Below the pieces are notes generated by a model that saw nothing but the letters and a program-made list of their open reading frames with translations, was not told where the DNA came from and ran no database searches. A stretch of 20,000 nucleotides of DNA, taken from positions 664,467-684,466 of the forward strand of contig MU054001.1 of the NCBI GenBank assembly GCA_013239625.1. The letters are read 5' to 3'. Every line of letters starts with the position of its first letter. Position 1 is the first letter of the stretch. Below, piece after piece: positions 1-11,015 of the stretch. The position numbers were made by a program, and so were the translations under genes. Origin of the DNA: Lama guanicoe. Lineage: Eukaryota.

Positions 1-139
1 TTTTAAAAATTTAAATGTCTTACATTTAAATATAAAAAGAAAAACAGTTTGTTCATAATATCTCTATCTACATAATATTGCTAATATTAAAAAAATAAAA
101 TAATTCCAATAGGGAAAAGTTTTTGGTCATTTGCTCTGT

Positions 140-356
140 TCTGATCACTGTTCTATGCTCTTTACTGTATTATTGCATTTAATCCATATAATATCCCAGT
201 GAAGTGGGTATCATTTTTCTTCCCATTTTACAGGTGAGGAAACTGAGGGGTGAAGGCAGCAAGTAACTTTCCCAAAGTCACCCAGCTAGCAAATGATAGT
301 CTAACACTGGCAGTCCGGCTTTAGGCTCTGGCTCCTAGCTGTGATTCCATATAGCC
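140..356 (-). mobile_element. MIR SINE
   Basis: Reverse-complement MIR core 'cccattttacaggtgaggaaactgagg', followed by 'aagtaactttcccaaagtcacccagctagcaaatg'. Confidence 0.9.
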
Positions 357-888
357 TGAAAAACGTGGAGTCTTAATTTAGCCAGCACTAAGGACTTACC
401 TGAATTCTCATTTTGAGACTCTATGATGCACCTCATTGTTTCCATGCCCACACAGTGTATATGCCAAGTTGGAATGAATGAGGTCCCAGTAAAGTCAGTT
501 GGTGTAAACAATTAGATTTGTTAGAGAAGGCATTTTGGAATCAATTTGACTCTATTGCTTTTGACTTTGTTATGAATTTAAGTTTGGGTTAGGGGTGTAT
601 CAGACTTCAAAACATCTGGTTAGGTCGTTTAAGAACCTTCCTGAGCCCTCACAACCCCTTAAGGCTTCCTTTCAAAGGCAGACATTTCCTCTGTCACCAC
701 GCTCTTACAGATGCTTTGAGAAACAATGAAACAGTGCTTTATTCATTTGAGATAATGTAAAGAAGACTTCCTTAATCTGGTATCAATGGGAGTAAGATGT
801 TTCACATGAGTAAAATTTCCAGATAACTCAAATGTAGACATTTAAGAGCTGGGAATTTTTTTCTCAATAGTTTTTGATAGTTACACAC

Positions 889-924
889 TTTTCTTTTTGT
901 TTTGTTTTGCTTTTTTTTTTTTTT
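889..924. repeat. T-rich low-complexity tract
   Basis: TTTTG-like units followed by a pure T run. Confidence 0.8.
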
Positions 925-1414
925 GGGTGGGGGTGGTTAACCTTTCTTGGTAACCCAGAGCTATGATCATAATCATTAATAATATACTGTATGTACTAGT
1001 TAGATTATCAAGGAAAAAGATGCTCTTTTGGGATCTGAGATTTGGAAATGCCACTTTCTAATGATAACATCCCTTGAATTACTTGATACCCTTAGACCCT
1101 AAAATATAAGCAGGATGATATAACTTGAGGACAGTGCAGTAGTTTGAATACAGATGCCATGTTTGCATCTGTTGGGAATATAAATATGAGTTGAGAGGGT
1201 TGGTTCACTGTTACGGGTGGTCTGGCCCCAGCCCTCTGTAAGAGGCATGACTCTTCCCCGTTGACATTCCCCAGTGGGACAGGACACATCAGTTGGTCTG
1301 TACCATTGCCATTATCTCTGCTGCAGCCACTGGGGGATTGCTCTCCTCACCCTGGTTAGATGAAGCTAACCTGGATATTTGGGACTCCATGGCAGCCAGG
1401 GTACTGCCCTCTCC

Positions 1415-1690
1415 CTCCTCAGAGACATTCAGATGGTTTCTACTTTTTCCCTGTTAGAAATAGGGCTGCAGTGGACATCGTGGGGGTAATGTCTCTTGGT
1501 GCACACGAAGAGTATCTCTGGGACAGGTACCTAGACCTAAACTGCTAGACATTGTCTACTTTACCCAGTACAGAATGGCTTTCTAAAGTGGTCACACCCT
1601 TTTACATTCTCATCAGCAATGTGTAGGAAGGAGTTCCTGTTTCCTACTGTTCTCACCAACACTTGGTCATATGTATCCTTTTAGAGCTAT
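1415..1690 (-). mobile_element. Old L1 3' fragment (L1ME-like)
   Basis: 'atgtctcttggtgcacac', 'tttctaaagtggtcacacccttttacattctcatcagcaatgt' and 'ctcaccaacacttggt' match the antisense L1 ORF2-end/3'UTR as I recall it. Confidence 0.75.
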
Positions 1691-1696
1691 GGAAAT

Positions 1697-2390
1697 GTTT
1701 ATTGTTTTAAAACCACTTTGGTGAGGTATGATTGACATAAAAAAAGCTGAACATATTTAATGTACACTACTTGATGAGTTTGGAAATAAGTACACATCCA
1801 TGAAACCGTTACCAAAATCTATGACATCAACCTACCTATCACCTCCAACATTTTCCTCCTGCCCTCTTTATTATTGGTTTTTTTTTTGATAGAACACTTA
1901 AGATCTGCCCCCTTAGCAAATGTTTTAAGTGTAACAATACAGTATTGTGATCTGTAGGCACTCTGCTGTACAGTAGGTCTCTAGGACTTATTCATCTTGC
2001 ACAACTGAAACTTTTTACCCTTTGACTGATACTTCCCCATTTCTCCCTCCCCCTATCCCCTAGCAACTACCATCCCACTCTTTGCTTCTATGAATTAAAC
2101 TATTTTAGATTCCTCTTATAAGTGGTATTATGCAGTATATGTCCTTCTGTGTCTGGCTTATTTCACTTAGCATAATGTCCTCCAGGTTCATCCATGTTGT
2201 TGCAAATGGCAGGATTTCTTTCCTTTTAAAGGCTGAGTAATGTTCCATTGTATGTATATATTACATTTTCTTTATTCATTCATCCATCCATGGACATTTA
2301 GTTTGCTTCTAGGTCTTCTATCATGAATAAACATGCTGTAATAAACATGGGGGTGCAGATACCTCTTTAAGATCCTAATTTCAACTTCCC
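1697..2390 (-). mobile_element. 5'-truncated L1 3'UTR (L1MA8/L1MA9-like)
   Basis: 'gaggtatgattgacataa', 'gacttattcatcttgcacaactgaaact' and 'tctggcttatttcacttagcataatgtcctccaggttcatccatgttgttgcaaatggcaggattt' are typical antisense L1MA 3' end sequence. Confidence 0.92.
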
Positions 2391-3544
2391 AGTTCTGATA
2401 TTTGTTGCCCTTAGCTTGTGTGTTTCAGTCTCTGTCAAACTGAAGTTTCAAACACAATAACTCAATGGGGAAACTTATGAGTGACAGAAATGGTCATCTC
2501 TTTCCATTTCTTATGATCATGTCTTGACTTACAAATGAACCAGATAGAGATGAAAGCTACATTTTGCATGACACTGGAGGCAATTCCAACCATTTAGCTG
2601 ATTTAAAAGGAATGTTGGTGTTTAGATTTCTTAAAGTGTCCGTTTAGAAATCTGCTTGACCAAGAACAAGAAAGAGGAATCGTAACTGAGGTCCCAGCCA
2701 TTCTGCCTTCCCCAATCCAAGTCCCAAGGTAAACAGTGCTGAACCCTAGAGAGGCAAAAGGCAGAGAGTCGGGGCTTCCCAGGCCATTCCCATTAGACTT
2801 GAGCTAGATGGAGTTCCCCCATCATCCCCATCTACTTCTCCCCGTCCACTCCAGTAAGTACCATTTTGGGCAGGTGCTCCTTGTTTCTTATGGTTACTGC
2901 AGGGGTGCCCTCACTGGATCTCTTGTATTTCCTGCTGCTTGTATTTCCAAAGTAACATTAATCATTCTCCACTCCCTCTGTCATACTTCCCCATACTTCT
3001 TGGATTCAGGACTTTTGAAAAACGTCCTTCTCTCTCGCATCTCTCCTTTCCAGCTTTATTCCCCCTCCACTCACTAATTCAGGCACTTAACCCTTCTCTG
3101 CCAAGGTGGTCCTATTTTTTCCACCTCTCACTCATTTTCTTTTTTTTTTCCTCCACCCTCCTCCTATTGGTTCTGGTCCCACCCTGCCCTTTAATGCTGT
3201 GTGGTCCTTGGCAGGTTGCTTCACTTCTCTGGGCCCCATTTATGCTTTTATACAGAGAATAGTGGGTTGGATCAGCAGTCCCAAACCCAATGCAGGGTTT
3301 AAAAACAAACAAACAAAAGTAATACTTATACACTTTGCTTGCATATTAAATAAGACTTAAGAACGTTCCTCAATTTCCAGTAGAAACTTGCTTGCTTTGA
3401 TTTTTTTCACCGAAACACATTGCCCTGTCTGTCTCGCTTTCATGTTCCAGCCAAGGATGGAGAAGAGGGGATGAGAAGTAGGTCACGTTCCTCTTTGCTG
3501 TAAGAACAAAACAGCACAGGTGTGAGATTGCATACAGCAAATGG

Positions 3545-3852
3545 CATCAGCCTCTATTGGGAGGCAGTAGGGAGCAGTGGGGACTGTGGTACCTGGAAAG
3601 CAGGACACACCCAGGTTGAGGAAGTGCAGCCCAGGTTTGGTATAGGTTGGCTCTCCTTAGCCCCAACAGGATTTGGAAATTCAGTTTTTTAATATAAAAT
3701 CTCCCAATGTTTTATATTATTTGTAGAAAATTGGCATCTAATTTCAACTCTAAAATTAAAAAAAAATCACTATATTAGTGAGCACTGTGCCACCCTAACA
3801 AAAGACACCAAATGGGCCATATTTGGCTTATGAGACACCAGTTTGCTTCTTG
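3545..3852. mobile_element. MER102-like hAT-Charlie non-autonomous DNA transposon
   Basis: 'tagggagcagtggggactgtgg', 'tataaaatctccc', 'ttggcatctaattt' and terminal 'tgggccatatttggcttatgagacaccagtttgc' occur in the order recalled for MER102. Confidence 0.7.
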
Positions 3853-4409
3853 GGGATTATAGGGCCTCTTGTGTGAGTTCCTATGTATTTCCAGTTAATA
3901 ATTCAGCACCTCTGAATCACATCTTTGCTCCATGGATTTTCAGCACTTACACATTAAATTTCTACTAACCAAGCAACCATTTCATTCATTGCTCTGCAGT
4001 TTCTCTAACAGTTTCATTTCTGTATCTTGTCTCATTATCTGGATTGGTTGCTCCTTAGGACCAAGCCAGACATTGGACTAGAGTCCAGGGAGGATTGCTT
4101 GGTTGAAAGGTTGTGGTCCCTGCCTTGAAAGGGAGAAGATGAGATGGAGCCTAACTGACCAGGCAGAGGGTCTTGTGGGAGCGACAGCCCAGGATGGGCG
4201 TGGGAGCAAGAGCAGCTCCTCCCTGGGTCTCTTTGTGATTCCAGGTGTTATCTCTAGGCCCAGCTCCACTGTTCCTTGCCTGGGCCACTGCGGAAGCCAA
4301 CAATGGACCCCCTAGATCTAGTCCGGTCCTCTCCAGGCCTTTGAAATCACAACAGCCAGAGTGACCTATGTTCATCTAGCCCACCCTAAAACATCTCTGA
4401 GGGCTGTTT

Positions 4410-4790
4410 GGATGAATCCCCCAGGCCTTTACGGGGCCTAAGAAGACCTGGCCCCATCCTCTCCAGTCCCATCTTCTATGTCCCTGTTGTCTTCTCCTTT
4501 CTTGCCTTTTAGTTTCTCAAACACACTCTGTTTGCTCCCATCAGTGGGCCTTTGCACATACTGTTCGCTCTGTGTAGACTCTTCCCTTTTCCTGGTTAAA
4601 CCCTTCTCAGCATTCAGATCTTAATAACAAGGGTGCTTTCATGACGAGAGCTTTCCTGAGCCCCAGGCTAGGTCAGGCTTCCCCGTGGTCTGTGGGAACA
4701 GAGGTTTTAACTGCCGTCTTCACCATTAAATCCCTAGTAGATTGCACAATGCCTGACACAGGGCAGGGAGAAAACAAATGCTCAGTGAGA
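4410..4790 (+). mobile_element. L2 3' fragment
   Basis: 'gggcctttgcacatactgttcgctctg', 'gctttcctgagcccc' and a degenerate L2 terminus 'cacaatgcctgacacagggcagg'. Confidence 0.75.
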
Positions 4791-5181
4791 GGCAGCATAA
4801 AGAGCTGCTGAAAGGGTGTGATTTTAGGAGTACCTGCTAGGTACCTCTGTCCTAAAAACACACCCTCATCTGACTCCTCTTTCAAGCTAAGTTCTTAAAT
4901 TTACAGTAAGAAAAATGGTTCAAGAAAAAGCATCCTTCTCTATCCTCTCCTTGGGAATAGAGTTTAATAAGACTAGGCAGGGGGAACTCGTGCGATCAGG
5001 AACACTTCCTATGCCTGATCATTTTTGATCCACCACAGCACTGAGACCACCTGGAGAGATGAATGCTTCTGAGAAAAGGCATTTTCATTTTGAGGGTGTG
5101 GCATTTGGAAGGCACCCTACTATCTGGTGCCTTGTTACCTGAAGGATGGTCTGTGGCCACATCAGCTTTACCTGGGTGTTG

Positions 5182-5378
5182 TTAGAATGTGAACTTGATG
5201 TGGGCAGACACTGTTTCTAGTTCACTATTGTGTTCCCAGGGCCAGGAGCAGTGCCAGATATACAGAAGGTGTTCAAGGAGTATGTGAATGGATAAGCAAT
5301 TGAAGAACCAAAAGCTGGAGTGAAGGGGTGTTTGAATGAGAGATGAGGGAGGAATGGATGGATGCTGGATGAATGAAC
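5182..5378 (+). mobile_element. L2 3' end with (TGAA/TGGA)n tail
   Basis: 'tagaatgtgaacttgatgtgggcagacactgt...ttcactattgtgttcccagggccaggagcagtgccagatatacagaaggtgttcaa', then 'gaatggatggatgctggatgaatgaa'. Confidence 0.8.
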
Positions 5379-5997
5379 ACACGAACATGCCATCATAAGC
5401 ATGTCGATGGGTTCTCTCCCTGTAGGCACAGGGCCCTGGAGGAGGTGCTGAAGATACCCCTTCCACTTCCCCAGGGGAGAAGGTGGGCAATGGCCCACTG
5501 GCCCGAGAGGAGGAGCTTTGGCTTTGATTGAAGAAAGGGCCCCAAGAGAGCAGCTGGACTTCTTCAGGGGCATGGGGCAAGCCCGTGTTTGCACACTGAA
5601 GGGAAAAAAAAAAAAAGTCAACCAAACTATTTGGCCTATTAAACACTGATCCTATTATTCCCAACCTTGAACTTCAACTGTTGCCATTATTCATCGAGAC
5701 AGCACAGCCCTAATCCCTCGGTCTTAGCCAAGCCCCAGGCTTGCCTGTGCTTCTTGCAGTGGATCCCATGAGCAGATCCAAGCCGCAAAAAGAGGAAAAA
5801 GGAGAGCAAATGACCACCAAGAGGTTGAGGATACCTCTGAATCCAGGCCTGCATGTCCCAGCAAAACTTCAAAGGAGAAATGACATTTTCTTATTGGTGG
5901 GCTGTTCCCAGGAGAAATAGGTCTGAAATAGTAAATGCTGGGTGTGGAACATGGAATGTAGTATATTCTTTGGTGAATGTTCTACATCATGTTGAAA

Positions 5998-6272
5998 GCA
6001 ATAATAGTTCATACTTACAGAGCACCAATTCTGTGCTAGTCACTTTTCCAAGAAGCTTACCTATATTAACTCATTTTACCTCATATGACCATCCAGTGAA
6101 GAACTGTTTTCACCTTCCCATTTTACAGATGAGGAACAACAGAGGCACTGAGAGATCAAGTAATTTCACCCAAGGTCACATAGCCATTGAGTAAGTAGCA
6201 GAGCTGGGATTCAGACCCAGGCAGCCAGGTTCCCCTGAGTGCATGATCGTAAGCTCTCTACTACACAGCCTC
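5998..6272 (-). mobile_element. MIR SINE, near full length
   Basis: Tail 'aataatagttcatacttacagagcac', core 'cccattttacagatgaggaac', 'cccaaggtcacatagc', and tRNA-derived B-box region 'gagctgggattcagacccaggcag'. Confidence 0.92.
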
Positions 6273-6439
6273 CTCCAAAGTCCGCAGACTGAAGTGAAGG
6301 GATGTACACTTGCATTCATGCGTTTATTTATTGTGCAGATCTGGGAGCATCTGTTATAAACAAGGGCTCCAAAAGCAAAAATAGCAACTCTTTACCGTGG
6401 AACAGTGTTTTAGAAAGTACTTCCTTGATGGTCTGATGA

Positions 6440-6580
6440 TCCTCTTCACAGATGTGGACACCTGACGCCCAGAGAACTTACATGCCTTTGTCAAGTTCCC
6501 ACAATTAGAAACAGAACAGGTTAGACCCTGAACCTGGATGTTCTGACCCCAGACTCAGTGTTGTTTCCACCCTAACACAC
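6440..6580 (-). mobile_element. MIR SINE 5' half (diverged)
   Basis: 'ttcacagatgtggacacctgacgcccagaga' and 'tgaacctggatgttctgaccccagactcagtgttgtttccac'. Confidence 0.7.
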
Positions 6581-6839
6581 TTATTTAAAATACTGAAGTT
6601 CAAAACAGACATGTGATAGGAATGAAACAAGATAGAAATGATTGGTGCTTTTCCATGTTAAATACCATGGGTAGATTACCATTATGTAAGAGCCTAAATG
6701 CCACCATTCTAATGGAAAAACTTACCCTCTTTATTAGCTTTCCTGGAGAGATGTTGGAGTGTCTTGTTTTAAAAGAATAAATATAGAACATCTGATAAAA
6801 TGCACAACTAAACCAGCCACAATTTCCATTCCGAAGAAA

Positions 6840-7520
6840 GTATTGTCCCGAACCCCAGACTATTAGCTAAAAAACCCTCTTTGCCAGTTTATGAAAATAA
6901 TTTGGGGTCCACATTTCTCCCCATTACAGGTTGACTGGCCCACTTCAAAGGTCGCCCTTTTGAAATGAACTCTCATTAAAATGCTCGGTTAGTGACATCG
7001 ATAAGTTTATCCCTTGCAGAAGGCAAGCGCACTGGGGCTGTCATGACACGGTCTTTCGGTGTTCTTAGGGCATTGATTAACCCTCACCTGCCAGAAATCA
7101 TTAGCAACCAGATTGCTATTTTCTGATAGTTTTGAAAGGAGGGTAAGTTTTAGTAAATAATCATTGGCTGCTTTCCCAAGGGGGAAAACCAGGCTGGAGA
7201 AGCACTGAAACGCCACATTGGTTTATTTTTCAGTGGGTGTATTTAGGGAGGAATGGAAATTGCATTCCAAGCAGCTAATTATAGGATAAGTGTGCCTACT
7301 TAACCAGGCAGCAAGCATGTCAGCTCTGCACAGAGCTATTGCATTATATACATTTTCTGTTCTCTGGGTAATTAACAGGATCAAAATATTACTGTCAGAT
7401 TCGAGGGGAAAATTAACACATTATCTTAATTGTCTTTTCTACTCAGGTACAAGGCATTACCATTTCAAAAAGGACTTGTCTAATACATTGGAATTTTAAA
7501 CTGCAATTCCTAAAGATGCC
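6840..7520. promoter_or_regulatory. Candidate conserved non-coding element / enhancer
   Basis: Repeat-free block with retained CpGs and clustered motifs: CTTTGA-type (TCF/LEF), TGACA/TGTCA (MEIS), TAATTA/ATTA (homeodomain) and GGAATG/CATTCC (TEAD). Function is inferred only. Confidence 0.4.
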
Positions 7521-7619
7521 GTTAATCCCTATCCAAACTTTGATCTACTGTTTGTGATATCTTTGGACCCTGATTTTTCTGTTTTACTTTTGAACTTTAA
7601 AAAATGGTAACAGAGGGTG

Positions 7620-8012
7620 CAATGACGCTCTGAACTCAGCTCATGCTACCCCATAAGAGCCGGCTGCTAAATTTTCAGAAATTTTAAAGAACTGGGTAGA
7701 CACACTATTATTAAAAAGTAAACACTATAAATTTACAACTAAAGAAATGATACCAAGACAAAGGAGATAAATACTGTATTTAAAACTTACTGCTTCCTAA
7801 TTTTACTACACTTTACTATTACCTATGTTAATGAGGTTATCTCCATTGCATCTATGTGGTAGGGACTGTACAATGGTGACCTGGTGCTTAGCTTTTTGCC
7901 AGCTCTGCATTCAGTGACATTACATTGGTAACTTGACATCAGCCACGGTGCGGGTATTACACCATGGAAACTGGTAAATACTACAAATCAAGGCTTTGTT
8001 AATTGTCTAGAC
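7620..8012 (+). mobile_element. MER63 (hAT-Blackjack), left part
   Basis: 'gagccggctgctaaattttcagaaatttt', 'cttcctaattttactacactttactatta', 'ttcagtgacattacattggtaacttga' and 'ctacaaatcaaggctt' follow the recalled MER63 consensus. Confidence 0.85.
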
Positions 8013-8273
8013 CAGCGTTGGCAAACTATAGCCTGTGGGCTGGATGCCTAGTAAAACAGCCATAGTAAATAGTAAATAAATAAGTTAAAAAACGAAATAA
8101 ATAAAATAGTAAGTAGATGTATTGGAACACAGCCATGGCCATATGTTTATATATTATCCATGGCTGCTTTTGTGCTACAACCACAGAACTGAGTAGTTCC
8201 TACAGAGACCCTATGTTCCGAAAGCCTCAAATATTTACTATCTGGCTCTTTACGGGAATGTTGCTGACCTCTG
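8013..8273 (+). mobile_element. MER58A (hAT-Charlie) inserted into MER63
   Basis: Terminal inverted repeats 'cagcgttggcaaac' and 'gttgctgacctctg'; internal 'tattggaacacagcca' and 'aaatatttactatctggc'; flanks gtctagac and gtctatat. Confidence 0.92.
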
Positions 8274-8360
8274 GTCTATATTAAGAAAGTAATGGAGAAA
8301 ACACTGATAACGCACCTGCAGTTTATAAGTGTATCATGTTTGTAGCCGTTACATTGGTAA
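8274..8360 (+). mobile_element. MER63, continuation after MER58A
   Basis: 'ttaagaaagtaatggagaaaa...tgtagccgttacattg' continues the MER63 consensus directly after 'ttgtctagac'. Confidence 0.8.
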
Positions 8361-8369
8361 CCGGGGTGT

Positions 8370-8725
8370 GCAACTATAAAGAAGCCAGGGACATTCATCT
8401 TCAGGCAGGGCTGTATCTAGGAGTTCAAATGATGTCATTGGATCTCTCAGCTTTGCTTTCCTCTCTATTAACTGTATTTTCAGACAGGGTTTACCAGAAT
8501 GTGACAAAACGGCTTCCCACAGTCCCTAACATTCTAGCTATAGTGTATATCACTTTCACAGTAGCTGCAGCAGCAAAAGCCCTATGCTTTATTAACCTGC
8601 CCTGGGCCATGTGCCCAAGTGTGCACCTATCACAGAGATAGAGTGCCCTGATTGGTTAGGCGTAAGACATGAGCCCATCCTAAGAGCTGGGGGTTAGGGT
8701 CAGTATCAGCCCCACCCGGACGCCC
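8370..8725 (-). mobile_element. MaLR LTR fragment (MLT1J/K/L-like)
   Basis: 'cttcaggcagggctgtatctaggagttcaaatgatgtcat', 'tctctcagctttgctttcctct' and 'ctgattggttaggc...catgagcccatcctaagagctgggg'. Confidence 0.75.
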
Positions 8726-8763
8726 TAATTGAGACAATGCAAACATCGCCTAAGCCTCTTAGC

Positions 8764-8918
8764 CCTTGCTGCTCAGAGTGGTCCATGGGCCAGTATCATC
8801 TGGGAGCTTATTAGAAATGCAGAAGCACAGAGCCCTTCCCAGACTTCCCGAACCGGAACCTGCGTTTTGACCAGACCTGCAGGTGACTTGTATGCCTGTC
8901 ATGGTAGGAGGGGTGCTG
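8764..8918. mobile_element. MER5A/MER5A1 (hAT-Charlie)
   Basis: 'ctcagagtggtcc', 'catctgggagcttattagaaatgcagaa', 'gaacctgcgttttgaccaga' and 'caggtgacttgtatgc', followed by a 'ctctag' Charlie-type target. Confidence 0.85.
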
Positions 8919-8929
8919 CTCTAGGCCAG

Positions 8930-9070
8930 ACATTTCACTATGCAGGAAACCAGGGCTCGGAAGTTTCGATGCCTTTTCCACTGTCATCCAGATTAAGCGC
9001 TAATACTGCTACAACCAGAAGTCAATTCTGATCGCCAGCCCACTGTTCTCGCTGATACCCCAGCACACCT
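8930..9070 (-). mobile_element. Possible highly diverged MIR fragment
   Basis: 'atgcaggaaaccagggctcggaag' and 'ttctgatcgccagcccactgttct' loosely resemble antisense MIR. Confidence 0.4.
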
Positions 9071-10829
9071 GCCGACACGTGATTCCCTGAACACAACTGC
9101 TGCGGGTGCTCGCCCTGACCTCTTAGTCTGAAGCTGTCTTGAATTCTATACCCTGTCAGGAAAGAGGTTTTAAGATAAGACCAGAAAAAAAGAAATTCCC
9201 AGTGTTTCCCAAAAGGAGCCTGTCTTCAGCTCTCTGTTGGCAAGAAATACAAAGTTAGACTCCCCAACAGTTACTTACCCACACGTTGCTGACGTTCCGT
9301 TAGTCCCCAGGCACCAGGTGGTCCTGTTTTATTTATGTTGGGCTAACACTGAATCGTGTGTATTTTCATCATCATTACCATTATCACAACAACAACAACA
9401 ATGGTGGTGATAAATACATAGTTTTAAAAGTCAGCAGTGCTCTTTATCATCCTTGGAACAAATGCTTGGTCTCTCCCCTATTTCCTTTACATGTTGACAT
9501 CAAGAATGACACACATGGTTAACAGATTTTCCACATGTTTTTCTCCTTGGCTGACATCTCCCCACTCAATCAGAGCGAAGTCTGTGATCAGAGAGAGTGT
9601 TGATTGACTGCTTAGAGGGCATGAGCCTTCACAAAAACACAGGCATGACAGTTTATATAAATATCCTGACACTTTTTTCTTATTCACCCTCTTCCCTTAA
9701 ATTCCCGTTTTTCTTTTTCTCTTTGAGCTTAAAATTAATATTTTCTTTGTGGACATGCAATATCCCAGCATGCCTTGGAGCTCACTCAAGCAGCTTGTTA
9801 GCATTTCCTACTTAATTGGATCTCTTTCTCCCTTACCCATGTGGAATTCTCCTGCCACAGGTTTCCAATCGATCTAACGTCAAAAAAGAAAGAAAAAAAG
9901 ATCATCTCCCCAAATTACAGCGTGTAATATATTGTTTCCTTTGGGAGGATAACCACAAAGATTCAGACTTAGGCTGATGCTATTTGGGGTTCCGGGACTA
10001 CAGAGTTCCAATTATTTGGGTAATTTGGGCAAACAGACCCTCTCTTATTTGTCCAAATTAGTTGGCTAATTGCAGCTGTTTGGTTCTGACCTGGAGGGAT
10101 TTTGGCCACTTCCAAAGTACGGGGAAATAAATGATGTCGTTTCCTTTGGAACAACATTAAAGTTGGAAAGATTTTAATATGTGCAATTTTCCCACTGATA
10201 ACATTTAACTTTCTGGACACCCTGGAGTGGAAGGAAGATTATACTATATTGACAGAGGTGAAATAATTTTTTTCAGTTCACGGTCTCAGCAATCTATCAT
10301 AATTATGTAGTACATGTTTCCCAAAACTCCTTCAGCAACTGGAGGAGACTGGTGAAATATTCTCTTCTAGTCATCCGGAAAATTTCAACTGGCAGTCGGC
10401 TGACCCCAAGCTCTGTCAACATCCACCCAAGATCTTACGGGATTCGGAATTCATCCCAGGTTGGTCCTGGGAATGGAATTGGCTGTGACATTAGTGCTGT
10501 CCCAGGGCTATACTTTTACCCTGGAGGAAGAGCATCTCCATCCTTTGTCTTCATTCTGTTGCCTGCTTCATCCTGTGGTGCGTGCATCCCGGTGGTGCAG
10601 TGGTCCCTGACTTTAAGGGGACTCCATTACTAAAAGGTAAATCCTTCCATCCTTTCTGAACATGTGTTTCCTAGGCTCACTCTTTCCAAGAGCCCAACAG
10701 CGCTGTCTCTTTGCATTCCCTGATACCCAGGGAGTCACATGTCCCAAGAGCAGTCCTTACCAGCGAAACTGTAAACTACTCCCCTACCCCTACGCTAGTC
10801 CCAGGATATGCGACAGACGTCTCTTAGCT

Positions 10830-11015
10830 CGTCTTTGGTTAGACGCTGTAGGAACAAGTCAAGAACTGTGCGTTCAAATCCCAGTTCTGACTGTCTTGCT
10901 GTTTGGCCTTGGAAGAGTGCATTCGTTTCCCCAGACTTCAGTTTTCATGTCTATAAAATGGAAGGCATTAATCAAGGTCTAGGTAAATCCAAATCCAAAA
11001 GATGTATCCATTTTA
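10830..11015 (+). mobile_element. MIR SINE (MIR3/MIRc-like)
   Basis: B-box 'gttcaaatcccagttctg', 'ctgtttggccttggaagag' and core 'cttcagttttcatgtctataaaatgg'. Confidence 0.8.

Noticed and set aside
394..402. Perfect minus-strand splice donor CAG|GTAAGT
   Set aside because: I found no convincing partner acceptor, and one 9-mer in 40 kb of both strands is compatible with chance.
2950..3200. CT-rich stretch faintly like internal L2 sequence
   Set aside because: Too diverged to assign by eye; it may just be pyrimidine-rich unique sequence.
3940..4075. Possible L2 3' remnant
   Set aside because: Only one weak motif ('tgctccttagga') supports it.
4994..5020. Small hairpin gatcagg...cctgatc
   Set aside because: A 7-bp stem is expected by chance.
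5182..5664. Longest ORFs in the track (160 aa and 134 aa, minus strand)
   Set aside because: They overlap an L2 3' end and an A run, have low-complexity composition and show no recognisable domain.
9273..9330. Minus-strand donor GG|GTAAGT with a short CpG-containing upstream segment
   Set aside because: The candidate acceptors lack a polypyrimidine tract.
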